Positions 45,183-53,861 are shown, counted from the stretch's first letter. The stretch is 64,000 nt of DNA from an uncultured Bifidobacteriaceae bacterium (GCA_964505725.1 CAZDJK010000052.1:66295-130294); one strand, 5' to 3'. Program-made: numbers and translations. Notes: generated from the letters alone by a model not told the origin.

Positions 45183-46030
45183 GACGTGCCGCCCGCGCCC
45201 GCGGCGTGCTTGTCCGCGCCGCTGCCGTTGCCAGCTCCATTGGCGTTGCCGTTCCCGTTGGCGCCGCCGTTGTTCGCAGCTCCGTCGGCGTTGCCGCTCG
45301 CGTTGCCGTTGCCGGCTCCGTAGGCGTTGCCGTTGCCAGCTCCGTTGGCGTTGCCGTTGGTAGCTCCGTTGGCGCCGCCGCTCGGAGCGTCGCCGTTGCC
45401 GTTCCCCAGCCCGTTGCCACCGTCGTTCCCGGCTCCCGTGCCCGCACCATTGCCCGCGCCGGCGCCGAGATCGTCGCCTTCCCCGTGACCGTCAGGGAGC
45501 CCGGTGGGCACGGTCGGCGTCGGGGCCGAACCAGCCGAAGACCCCAGGCCCGCGATCACGAGGGGCGGCGGCGCGGAGACCCCTCGCCGTCCCGCTCCGC
45601 CGGCGCTGGTGCCATTCCTGGTGGGGCCGTTCGGCGGCGTGGTCGGGCGGTTGTCGCCGTTCGGCTGCGGCTCGTGGCCATGGGCGGGCACGCTGATCCC
45701 GACCGTGCGCGCGAAGGTCGCGAAGGCATCCTGCGCGCTAGCCGGCAGCGCATTCATCGACCCGAGCGCGGCCGCGAGGACCAGCACGGCCACGGCACCT
45801 CCCGCGCCGGTGAGGACGCGGCGACAGGCCTGCGCCCGTCGCGGCGCGCCTTCGAAGTCGCCGTCGAGAAACGCCTGGAGCGTGCGGTCGACCCGCATCG
45901 GGCCGGCACTCCGGGTCCGGAGCGCGTCGACGAACGCTGCCGTCAGCCCGGCGTCGTCCTCGTCCGAGGGCAACAGCTGAGGGGACGCAGGGCTGACAGC
46001 CCGTTCGTCACCGATGGGGTGCGCATCCAT
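45179..46030 (-). CDS. Single-pass membrane protein downstream of the ECF sigma (anti-sigma-like by position) with a Gly/Asn-rich C-terminal tail
   Basis: 283 aa. About 70 aa of cytoplasmic N-terminus, TM GAGGAVAVLVLAAALGSMNAL, a Pro-rich linker, then about 90 aa of GNG/ANG repeats. No HxxxCxxC zinc motif. Its start lies 24 nt after the sigma stop. Confidence 0.6.
   Translation of the reverse strand: MDAHPIGDERAVSPASPQLLPSDEDDAGLTAAFVDALRTRSAGPMRVDRTLQAFLDGDFEGAPRRAQACRRVLTGAGGAVAVLVLAAALGSMNALPASAQDAFATFARTVGISVPAHGHEPQPNGDNRPTTPPNGPTRNGTSAGGAGRRGVSAPPPLVIAGLGSSAGSAPTPTVPTGLPDGHGEGDDLGAGAGNGAGTGAGNDGGNGLGNGNGDAPSGGANGATNGNANGAGNGNAYGAGNGNASGNADGAANNGGANGNGNANGAGNGSGADKHAAGAGGTS
45200..45470. 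repeat. Low-complexity GTTGCC/GTTGCCGTT-type repeat encoding (G/A)N(G/A) tracts
   Basis: Plus-strand sequence gttgccgtt/gcgttgccg is reiterated. It translates on the minus strand to GNGLGNGNGDAPSGGANGATNGNANGAGNGNAYGAGNGNASGNADGAANNGGANGNGNANGAGNG, and it also creates spurious ORFs in other frames. Confidence 0.7.
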
Positions 46031-46054
46031 CGACCCCTGAACCGCTCATACGGG

Positions 46055-46636
46055 CTAGTGGGATGCGGCCAGAGCCGCGAAATCTTCCTCCGAGAGCTGC
46101 AGCTGGCGCCGCAGCGCCCCGAGTGCGCGGTGCTGGAGCGCCTTCACCGCGTCGGGCGACTTGCCGAGCACGTCGGCGGTCTCCGTGATCGACAGGTCGC
46201 TCACGAAGCGGAGCACCATGACGTCCCGCTGCTCGGGAACCAGCTTCTCGAGGACCTCGTCCACCCAGGCCCGGCCGAGGTCCGAGATCGCTTCGAGCTC
46301 GGCGTCGCCGCCCACCGCATCGGTCACGTCGACGCCGCCGACGCATTGCGGACGACGCTCCGCGGCGCGCCGGGCGTCGATGAGCCGGAAGCGCGCGATC
46401 GAGAACAGCCAGGCTCGGAACCCCGACTCGTCACCGTCGAAGCGGGAGATCTGGATGAATGCCTTGAGCAGCACGTCGTTCGCGAGCCCGTCGGCATCCT
46501 CGGCGCCCTGAGCCCGCAGATAGCGGACCAGCGGGTCTGCCACGAGCCCGAACAAGTGGGTGAACGCCCAACCCTTGCCCGATCGTGCGCCCTCCAGCAC
46601 CTGGGCGAACTCGCGAGGCGCGCGCGAACAGGCCAT
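46055..46636 (-). CDS. ECF-type RNA polymerase sigma-70 family factor
   Basis: Starts MACSRAPREFAQVLEG... Region 2 DADGLANDVLLKAF...FRAWLFSIARFRLIDARR; region 4 EQRDVMVLRFVSDLSITETADVLGKSPDAVKALQHRAL. The exact start is uncertain; the track ORF extends to 46855. Confidence 0.85.
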   Translation of the reverse strand: MACSRAPREFAQVLEGARSGKGWAFTHLFGLVADPLVRYLRAQGAEDADGLANDVLLKAFIQISRFDGDESGFRAWLFSIARFRLIDARRAAERRPQCVGGVDVTDAVGGDAELEAISDLGRAWVDEVLEKLVPEQRDVMVLRFVSDLSITETADVLGKSPDAVKALQHRALGALRRQLQLSEEDFAALAASH

Positions 46637-46869
46637 GCACCCCTTCTCGGCGCACCGAGCGAGGGCCTGAAGGCGGTCTTCGACACCGACGAGCCGAAAT
46701 CCCGCACGAGCCGTATCCGACGAGCGCCGTCCGACGGTTGAGACCACGATGGACTGGACCCCATCGGCGGCGAACGGCGGCTGGCCCGGAGAGCGCCTCG
46801 AGCTCTGACGCTCTCGGGCAGCCGCGCTCGTCGAAGGTCGGCGGGTGCGGTCCACCTAGCCTCCGGGAC

Positions 46870-47772
46870 GTGCGCATCGTGTCGCTCCTGCCGTCCGCCA
46901 CCGAGATCGTGTTCGCGCTCGGTCGGGGCGAGGATCTCGTCGGCGTGACCTTCGAGTGCGACCACCCGCCGGAAGCGAGGACGCGACGCGTCGTGTCGAC
47001 CTCGGCCCTCCCTCCGGGCCTCACCCCGGCCGAGATCGACGCCGAGGTGTCGGCACGGGTGCAGGCCGGAGAAGACCTGTACCGCCTCGACGAAGGCGCG
47101 CTCGCCGACCTCGATGCGGACCTCGTGCTCAGCCAGGACTTGTGCGCGGTGTGCGCCGTCGACCTCGAACGAGTCGAGGACGCGCTCGACTATCTGGGCT
47201 GCTCGGCGCAGGTCCTCACCCTCGACCCCCGGCGCCTGGACGAGGTGATCGACTCGATCCTGATGGTCGGCGAGGTGGTCTGCGCCGAGGAGCGCGCGCA
47301 CGAGCTCGTCCGGTCGTCGCGCGAGCGCCTGCGACGACTTCGCGACGTCCTCGAGGGCGCTCGTGCGCGTCCGACGTTGGTGCTGGAGTGGACCGACCCT
47401 CCCTTCACAGCCGGTCACTGGGTGCCCGACCTGGTGCGGGCCGGAGGCGGAGCCCCGCTGCTCGCGTCGCCGGGCGCCGATTCGCGCCGCGCCGACTGGG
47501 ACGTGGTGCAATCGACCGCCGCGGAGGTGGTCCTGGTGGCGCCGTGCGGGTATCACCTCGAGGAGTCGTTCCGGCTCGCCGACGAGCTGGCCGCGTCGGA
47601 TCGGTTGCCCCGCGGCGCGGAGACGTGGGCGGTCGACGCCGACAGCTACTTCGTCCGGCCCGGTCCCCGGCTCGTCGACGGAGCCGAGATCGTCGCCCGG
47701 GTCCTCCATCCCGACCGTGCCGGTCGGGTCGACGACGCGCGGGCGCGGCTGGTCGCCACCGCGCCCCCTTAG
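46870..47772 (+). CDS. Periplasmic-binding-protein-fold (BtuF/FecB-like, PF01497-type) protein without a signal peptide
   Basis: GTG start: VRIVSLLPSATEIVFALGRGEDLVGVT.ECDHP...DLVLSQDLC... There is no N-terminal hydrophobic leader and no adjacent permease or ATPase. Confidence 0.7.
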   Translation: MRIVSLLPSATEIVFALGRGEDLVGVTFECDHPPEARTRRVVSTSALPPGLTPAEIDAEVSARVQAGEDLYRLDEGALADLDADLVLSQDLCAVCAVDLERVEDALDYLGCSAQVLTLDPRRLDEVIDSILMVGEVVCAEERAHELVRSSRERLRRLRDVLEGARARPTLVLEWTDPPFTAGHWVPDLVRAGGGAPLLASPGADSRRADWDVVQSTAAEVVLVAPCGYHLEESFRLADELAASDRLPRGAETWAVDADSYFVRPGPRLVDGAEIVARVLHPDRAGRVDDARARLVATAPP

Positions 47773-47785
47773 CGCGGGTCGCGCC

Positions 47786-48331
47786 TCACGCGCTGTAGAC
47801 CGGGATCAGGAGGCCGCGCGCGAGCGTGTGCGCGGTGATGTTGAAGCCCACGAACGCGGGCGACGCGTTCTCGTCGATGCCGAGCTTCTCGACGTCGAGT
47901 GCGTGCACCGCGAAGACGTACCGGTGCTCGCCGTGTCCCTCGGGCGGCGCCACCCCGCCGAATTCCTGGGTGCCGTAGTCGTTGCGGGCCTGGGTGGCGC
48001 CGGGTGGCAGCAGGTCCCGGTCGCCGCTGCCGGCCCCCGCGGCGAGCTCCGTGACGTCGCCCGGGATGTCGAACAGCACCCAGTGCCAGAAGCCGCTGCC
48101 CGTCGGGGCGTCGGGGTCGTAGCAGGTGATCGCGAACGACTTCGTCTCCGCGGGGAAGTCGGACCACATCAGGTGGGGCGACTGGTTGTCGCCGTCGTGG
48201 CCGAGGCCGTTGTACACCTGCGCGGAGGGGAGGCGTTCGCCGTGGCTGATGTCGTCGCTTCCGACGGTGAGCGACGGCGCGGGCGGCAGGAAGTCGTAGG
48301 GGAGCGGGGGTCGGTTGTCGTCTGGGCTCAA
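47786..48331 (-). CDS. YbhB/YbcL (PEBP / Raf-kinase-inhibitor-like) family protein
   Basis: CYDPDAPTGSGFWHWVLFDIP and GEHRYVFAVHALD motifs. Confidence 0.9.
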   Translation of the reverse strand: MSPDDNRPPLPYDFLPPAPSLTVGSDDISHGERLPSAQVYNGLGHDGDNQSPHLMWSDFPAETKSFAITCYDPDAPTGSGFWHWVLFDIPGDVTELAAGAGSGDRDLLPPGATQARNDYGTQEFGGVAPPEGHGEHRYVFAVHALDVEKLGIDENASPAFVGFNITAHTLARGLLIPVYSA

Positions 48332-48373
48332 CGGAGGTCCTTTCGCCGGAGATGTCGGGCGCCTCGCGGGCGC

Positions 48374-48832
48374 TCAGCCGGTGGGGGCACCGAAGAGCGC
48401 GGTGAGCTTCTCGATCGTCGCCCGTTCGTCGGGGTTCACCGACTTGGCCGACTCGGCCACCGCCTCGGCGATCGCCACGAACCACGCCGCGACCTGGGCC
48501 GCCTCGTCGGCAGGCAGCTTGCGGAGTGCCGCGGCCGCGGGCTCGAGCTCCTGGAGCACGTTCTCGACTGCGGCCTGCGGCGTCGCCCCGCGGTGCTCCC
48601 GGAGCTCGGCGCGCGTCTCCTTCGTGTTGGCCTCGGCCACGATCTCGCCGATGAGCTCGTTGGCGACCCCGCGCTCGCCCGGTTTGGAGATGGCACGCGC
48701 GCTGGCGCTCGCCTCCTTCACCATGGAGATGGGGCCGTGCTCGCCCGCATAGAAGATCGCTGACGTCACCAGCAGCGGCGCGTCGGTCAACGCGTGCCAC
48801 TCGGCGTCGGTGAACGCGGACTTGTCGGTCAT
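48374..48832 (-). CDS. Hypothetical helical protein
   Basis: 152 aa, clean ORF with high GC3. I do not recognise a family. Confidence 0.6.
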   Translation of the reverse strand: MTDKSAFTDAEWHALTDAPLLVTSAIFYAGEHGPISMVKEASASARAISKPGERGVANELIGEIVAEANTKETRAELREHRGATPQAAVENVLQELEPAAAALRKLPADEAAQVAAWFVAIAEAVAESAKSVNPDERATIEKLTALFGAPTG

Positions 48833-48890
48833 CGCTCCTCCTCACCTTGTGCTGTACCGCGGTGCGGCGTTCCCGCAAACCCGTTGACGT

Positions 48891-50831
48891 TCACAGCCGG
48901 GCGCGGGCGTACTCCTGGAACCAGTCGAGGCTCGTCGGGTCGGCGAGCGAGGCGCGGCTCGCGACCGCATCGGCGGCCGCGCCCTGGAGGATGCGCTTCA
49001 CCGGCACCTCGAGCTTCTTCCCCGAGAGGGTGCGCGGGATCGCCGGCACCTGCTCGATCGCGTCGGGCGCGTGACGCGGTGACAGCTCGCGCCGGAGCTC
49101 CGTGCGGATCGTGTCGCGCAGCTCGTCGTCGAGCTCCGCACCGGGGACCAGCGCCACGAACAGGAGGAGGTCTCCGATGCCGTCGTCGGCGCCGCCCTCG
49201 AGATGCACCACCAGGCTGTCGGCGACCTCGGGCCTCGCGTCGACCAGCGCGTAGAAATCGGCGGTGCCGAGGCGCACACCACCCCGGTTCAGGGTGGCAT
49301 CCGAACGTCCCGACACCACGCAGGCGCCGTCCTCCGTGAACGTGACCCAGTCGCCGTGGCGCCACACGCCGGGATAGTCCGCGTAGTAGGCCGCGCGCAG
49401 CTTCGAGCCGTCGGCGTCGCCCCAGAAGCCGACCGGCATCGACGGCATGGGCTCGGTGACCACGAGCTCGCCCTGGACACCCGGCGGGCAGGGGCGGCCG
49501 TCGGGGTCGAAGGCGGCGGCGGCGACGCCGAGGAGCCGGCAGCTGATCTCGCCGGCGCGCACGGGCACGAGCGGCACCGATCCGACGAAGGCCGTGGCCA
49601 CGTCGGTGCCGCCGCTCACCGAGCACGGCTGCACGTGCGGGCCGAGCGTGTCGCGCACCCACCGGTAGCCGTCGGCGGGCAGTGGAGCCCCCGTCGACCC
49701 GAGCGCCCGCATCCGGTGCTCGGGAGGCCGGACGCCGGCCTTGCGCGAGGCCATCACGAACGGCGCGCTCGTGCCGAACACGTCCAGCCCGGTCTCGGCC
49801 GCGAGCCGCCACAGCGTGCCGAGGTCGGGGTGCCCGGGGTCGCCGTCGAACAGCACGAGGGTGACGCCGCTCATCAGGCCCGAGACCAGGTAGTTCCACA
49901 TCATCCAGCCCGTCGTCGTGAACCAGCAGAACCGCTCGCCGGGCCGCACGTCGTAGTCGAGCAGGAACGTCTTGAGGTGCTCGACGACGATCCCGCCGTG
50001 ACCGTGCACGATGGCCTTCGGCAGGCCCGTCGTGCCCGAGCTGTAGAGCACGTACAGCGGGTGGTCGAAGGGCACGGGCTCGAATTCGAGTGGCTCCCGC
50101 TGCGCCAGGAGCGGCGTCCACTCGTCGCGCTCGGCGTGCAGGTAGGGCACGTGCACGGTGTGGCGGAGCGTCGGCAGCGCGGCCTCGATCACCGCGACCT
50201 CCTCCGCCCGCTCGACGACCTTGTCGCCGTAGCGGTAACCGTCGACCGCGAGGAGCACCGCGGGCTCGATCTGGGCGAAGCGGTCGACGACCGCGCGCGT
50301 GCCGAACTCCGGCGCGCACGACGACCACACCGCGCCCAGGCTGGACGCGGCGAGGAACGCGACGAGCGTCTCGGGGATGTTCGGCAGGTAGGCGACGACC
50401 CGGTCACCGCGGCGGACCCCGAGCGCCCGCAGCCCGGCTCGGCAGCGGGCCACTGCGTCGGCGAGCTCGTCCCACGTGAGGCCGACCTCGTCGCGCGTCT
50501 GGCTGCGGGCGACGACGGCCACCTCCGATCCTCGCTCGGCAACGGTGGCCAGCGCGTGCTCGGCCCAGTTCAGCTGCGCCCCCGGGAACCACTTCGCGCC
50601 CGGCATCGCGCGCGAGGCGAGCACGGTGTCGTACGGGTGACGCCACCGGACGCCCGCGAACTCGGTGAACGCGCCCCAGAAGCCCGCGAGGTCGTCGATC
50701 GACCAGCGCCACAGCTCCGGGTACCCGGAGAGCTGCAGGCCACGCGTCGCCTCGAGCCAGTCCATGAACGCGCCGATGCGGGTGCGCGCACGCGCGTCCG
50801 CCGGCGGTGTCCACACGATCTCACCGCGCAC
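48891..50831 (-). CDS. Acetoacetate-CoA ligase (acetoacetyl-CoA synthetase)
   Basis: IVWTPPADA...WRWSIDDLAGFWGAF...YSSGTTGLPKAIVHGHGG...SGRSDATLNRGGVRLGTADFY. I chose the GTG at 50831 (VRGEIVWTPP). The track start at 50903 would overlap the divergent gene, and a GTG at 50864 is also possible. Confidence 0.9.
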   Translation of the reverse strand: MRGEIVWTPPADARARTRIGAFMDWLEATRGLQLSGYPELWRWSIDDLAGFWGAFTEFAGVRWRHPYDTVLASRAMPGAKWFPGAQLNWAEHALATVAERGSEVAVVARSQTRDEVGLTWDELADAVARCRAGLRALGVRRGDRVVAYLPNIPETLVAFLAASSLGAVWSSCAPEFGTRAVVDRFAQIEPAVLLAVDGYRYGDKVVERAEEVAVIEAALPTLRHTVHVPYLHAERDEWTPLLAQREPLEFEPVPFDHPLYVLYSSGTTGLPKAIVHGHGGIVVEHLKTFLLDYDVRPGERFCWFTTTGWMMWNYLVSGLMSGVTLVLFDGDPGHPDLGTLWRLAAETGLDVFGTSAPFVMASRKAGVRPPEHRMRALGSTGAPLPADGYRWVRDTLGPHVQPCSVSGGTDVATAFVGSVPLVPVRAGEISCRLLGVAAAAFDPDGRPCPPGVQGELVVTEPMPSMPVGFWGDADGSKLRAAYYADYPGVWRHGDWVTFTEDGACVVSGRSDATLNRGGVRLGTADFYALVDARPEVADSLVVHLEGGADDGIGDLLLFVALVPGAELDDELRDTIRTELRRELSPRHAPDAIEQVPAIPRTLSGKKLEVPVKRILQGAAADAVASRASLADPTSLDWFQEYARARL

Positions 50832-50890
50832 GCCGTCGACCCTACCGCCGAGGCTCGGGGGCACACCGGGGAGGCGCGAGACTCGTGTGC

Positions 50891-51187
50891 ATGCTTGCTG
50901 CATTCTCCATCACGCCCATCGGAGTCGGCGACTCGGTCGGAGCGCTGGTCGCGGAAGCGGTTCGGCTCGTCCGTGAGAGCGGGCTGCCGAACGAGACCAA
51001 CGCGATGTTCACCAACGTCGAGGGCGAATGGGACGAGGTGATGGCGCTCATCAAGGCCTGCGTGATGAAGGTCGCGGAAGCGGCGCCCCGGGTGAGCGTG
51101 GTGATCAAGCTCGACCACCGGCCCGGCACCGCGGGTGCGATCACACAGAAGGTGCGGGCCATCGAGGAGCGGCTCGCCGACCCGTAA
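50891..51187 (+). CDS. MTH1187/YkoF-like (UPF0045/DUF77) thiamine-binding-fold protein
   Basis: MLAAFSITPIGVGDSVGALVAEAVRLVRESGLPNETNAMFTNVEGEWDEVMALI. Confidence 0.8.
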   Translation: MLAAFSITPIGVGDSVGALVAEAVRLVRESGLPNETNAMFTNVEGEWDEVMALIKACVMKVAEAAPRVSVVIKLDHRPGTAGAITQKVRAIEERLADP

Positions 51188-51299
51188 GGCCCGCGCTGCG
51201 GCGGTGCCGCGCGCCGCGGCCCTCGATACCGCACGTCCGTGTGTGAGAGCATCGGGACGGCAGGGCGCGACCAGGAGAGCTCGAGGCGGAGGGAGAGCC

Positions 51300-52661
51300 A
51301 TGACGGGGTCAGTGCCACAGGAAGCGGTCGACCAGCTGCGCGCGTCGGTGTCGGGAGCGGTCCTGATCCCCGGTGACACCGCCTACGACGAGGCGCGCCG
51401 GGTGCACAACGGCATGGTCGACAAGCGTCCGGCCGTCATCGTCCGCTGCCAGAACACGGCCGACATCGTGGACGCGGTGCGGTTCGCCCGCGAGCACGAC
51501 CTCGAGATCTCGGTACGCGGCGGCGGCCACAACGTCGCGGGCCGCGCGGTCGTCGACGACGGCCTCATGGTCGACACCCAGCCGATGAAAGGTGTGCACG
51601 TCGACCCCCGGACCCGACGCGTGCGGGCGCAGGCCGGGCTCACGTGGGGCGAGTACAACCGCGCCACCGGCGCCTACGGCCTGGCCACCACCGGGGGTGT
51701 GGTGTCGACGACCGGCATCGCCGGCCTCACCCTCGGCGGCGGGCTCGGCTGGCTCATGGGCAAGTACGGGATGGCGGTCGACAACCTCCGCTCGGTCGAG
51801 GTCGTCGACGCCGACGGCAACATCCTCACCGTCGACGAGACGGAGAACCCCGATCTGTTCTGGGCGGTGCGCGGGGGCGGCGGCAACTTCGGGGTGGCGT
51901 CGTCGTTCGATTACGACGCGCACCCGGTCACGATGGTGTACGGCGGGCTCGCCGCGTTCGACCTGGCCGACGCGCCGAAGGTGAGCGAACGCTACGCGGA
52001 TTTCTGCGCCGAGGGACCCGACGAGCTCGTGGCGTTCATGGCACTGGTGCACGCGCCCGACGGGTCGGGGCACAAGATCGCGGGGGTCGGGATGTGCCAC
52101 TGCGGCGACCCCGCTGACGGCGAGAAGGCGGCCAACGCCATCCGCTCGTTCGCGACTCCGCTCGTGGACCTGCTCGGTCCCCTGCCCTACCCGGTGCAGA
52201 ACACCCTGCTCGACGCGAACTTTCCCATGGGGGCGCGGAACTACTGGCGGTCGGCGTTCTTCAAGGAGATCAGCGCCGACGCGGTCGCGGTGCTGGCCGA
52301 GCAGTTCCGCGCCGCGCCGTCCCTCATGGCGGCCATGCCGATCGAGAGCTTCCACGGCGCGGTCACCCGGGTGCCGCCGACGGCGACGGCCTTCCCGCAC
52401 CGCGAGCCAGGCTTCAACCTCGCGATCGCGGGCGTATGGCCGGACCCCGCGGGAGACGACGAGAACATCGCGTGGGTCAAGGAGACGTTCGACGCGGTCT
52501 CGCCCTACATGGCCGACTCGGTGTACGTGAACTACCTGGGCGACGGCGAGGCCGACCGCGTGCGCGCCGCGTACGGACCGTGTTGGGAGCGCCTGGTCGA
52601 GGTGAAGCGCCGCTACGACCCCGGGAACGTCTTCCACCTCAACCAGAACATCACGCCCTAG
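51300..52661 (+). CDS. FAD-binding oxidoreductase (PCMH/BBE-like)
   Basis: ATG after GGCGGAGGGAGAG. Contains RGGGHNVAG, GGVVSTTGIAGLTLGGGLGW, LFWAVRGGGGNFGV and the C-terminal BBE-type RYDPGNVFHLNQNI. Confidence 0.9.
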   Translation: MTGSVPQEAVDQLRASVSGAVLIPGDTAYDEARRVHNGMVDKRPAVIVRCQNTADIVDAVRFAREHDLEISVRGGGHNVAGRAVVDDGLMVDTQPMKGVHVDPRTRRVRAQAGLTWGEYNRATGAYGLATTGGVVSTTGIAGLTLGGGLGWLMGKYGMAVDNLRSVEVVDADGNILTVDETENPDLFWAVRGGGGNFGVASSFDYDAHPVTMVYGGLAAFDLADAPKVSERYADFCAEGPDELVAFMALVHAPDGSGHKIAGVGMCHCGDPADGEKAANAIRSFATPLVDLLGPLPYPVQNTLLDANFPMGARNYWRSAFFKEISADAVAVLAEQFRAAPSLMAAMPIESFHGAVTRVPPTATAFPHREPGFNLAIAGVWPDPAGDDENIAWVKETFDAVSPYMADSVYVNYLGDGEADRVRAAYGPCWERLVEVKRRYDPGNVFHLNQNITP

Positions 52662-52664
52662 CCT

Positions 52665-53528
52665 CTACGCGCGTCGGAAGAGACCCACCCCGATCGCGAC
52701 CAGGCGGTCGTTCATCCCGCGGTCGACGAGCTGCACCCGCGCCGCGTAACGCTGAGGGTGCGCGTTCGGCCCGATGACCTCCCCGCTCGCCTCGAACGGG
52801 CCGATCCTGCCCGCCGACGTGTACATGACGGTCCAGTCCTCGATCTGGAGCGCGTCGGTGTCGGCGTTTGCGCTCGCGAGCTCGAACGCGGTGCGCTCGA
52901 GGACGACCTGGGTCGCCCCGTGGTGCAGCGTGCCCGAGGTCGAGGCGGTCTTCTGGCTGAGCTCGGGGAGCTGCCAGTGGCCGCGCTCGTTGCGCTGCGC
53001 GCCGAACGCCACGTGGATCGGCGGGAGGTCCGGCGAATCGGTGATCCCCGACGGCGCGGGCGGTACGTACTCGTAGCCGGGAGGCGCCTCGGCGACGACG
53101 ACGCCCATGCCCTGCGTGAACGCGATCACGCGGTCCCGGTCGTCGGCGTCCACGATGAGTCCACCCGCGCCGAACGAGAGCGTGCGGCCGCTCTTGCTCG
53201 GGCCGTTGGACGGCAGCGACACGACGCTCTTCACGTCGCGCCCGTCGTCGACGATGTGCAGCGAGCTCATCACCGGCGCGGGCACCGCGACGTCGTCGCC
53301 GCGGCCCTCGGCCATGCCGATCGAGAGCGGCGCCGCCATCAGCCCGCCCGCGGGGTTGCGCATGTCGCGGCGAATGTCCATGTGGCCCTCGAGGGTCACC
53401 GGATCCTGGCGGCAGTTGAAGTAGCGGTACGTCATGAGGCCGTCGGGGCTCCCCATGACGTGTGCGAAGCGTTCCCAGAAGTCGCCTTCCGACACGTTCT
53501 GGAGGGCGATGATCTCTTCGTCGGCCAT
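52665..53528 (-). CDS. Hypothetical protein, possibly a tandem hotdog-fold (PaaI/thioesterase-like) protein
   Basis: Starts MADEEIIAL.... Two halves each show a PaaI-like pattern (NPAGGLMAAPLSIGMAE...GRTLSFGAGGLIVD and SGTLHHGATQVVLERTAFELA...RVQLVDRGMNDRLVAIGVGLF). The family call is tentative. Confidence 0.5.
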   Translation of the reverse strand: MADEEIIALQNVSEGDFWERFAHVMGSPDGLMTYRYFNCRQDPVTLEGHMDIRRDMRNPAGGLMAAPLSIGMAEGRGDDVAVPAPVMSSLHIVDDGRDVKSVVSLPSNGPSKSGRTLSFGAGGLIVDADDRDRVIAFTQGMGVVVAEAPPGYEYVPPAPSGITDSPDLPPIHVAFGAQRNERGHWQLPELSQKTASTSGTLHHGATQVVLERTAFELASANADTDALQIEDWTVMYTSAGRIGPFEASGEVIGPNAHPQRYAARVQLVDRGMNDRLVAIGVGLFRRA

Positions 53529-53654
53529 GGTCGCAGCCTTTCCCCACCGGGTCCGGGTGTCAAGCGGCCGAGCGGGTCGGAGGCCCTCGCCAAATCCGGT
53601 CGCGGTCGTTACGCTGGGGTCATCGACGAGCAGGCAGGAGACGGAGGTCGACGG

Positions 53655-53861
53655 ATGAAGCTCACGGTCGGCAGGGTTGTCGCTGCAGGAGCCGTCGTCG
53701 GCCTCCTCGGGCTCGGCGGGGTCGGTTTCGCGTACGCCCAGTCGACCGGGAGCGGGTCGTCGGGGCCCGCGCCGTCGACCGGCGGGGGCGGATCCGCGCC
53801 GTCGCACTACTGCCCGAACATGGGCGGCGGGACCGGCTCGACCACCTCGGCCGACATGTAG
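53655..53861 (+). CDS. Small secreted Gly/Ser-rich peptide with an HYCPNM motif
   Basis: 68 aa, listed in the track only as the tail of a longer off-frame ORF. ATG preceded by AGGAGACGGAGG. Signal peptide MKLTVGRVVAAGAVVGLLGLGGVGFAYA/QS. High GC3. The mature part is STGSGSSGPAPSTGGGGSAPSHYCPNMGGGTGSTTSADM. Confidence 0.5.
   Translation: MKLTVGRVVAAGAVVGLLGLGGVGFAYAQSTGSGSSGPAPSTGGGGSAPSHYCPNMGGGTGSTTSADM

Noticed and set aside
45181-45450. Short-period repeat region, checked as a possible CRISPR array or mini-satellite
   Set aside because: There is no repeat-spacer organisation and the units are only 6-9 nt. The region is fully explained as coding low-complexity (G/A)N tracts of the membrane protein.
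46637-46869. Possible cobalamin riboswitch upstream of the BtuF-like gene, and an ECF-type promoter for the divergent sigma gene
   Set aside because: I could not find a B12-box (GCCACTG-type core) or the conserved flanking helices. I found only weak matches to GGAAC-N16/17-CGT ECF promoter motifs. Not enough to call either.
50832-50890. TPP riboswitch upstream of the YkoF-like thiamine-binding-fold gene
   Set aside because: The gap to the divergent acetoacetyl-CoA synthetase start is only about 30-60 nt, too short for a THI element, and no CUGAGA core is present.
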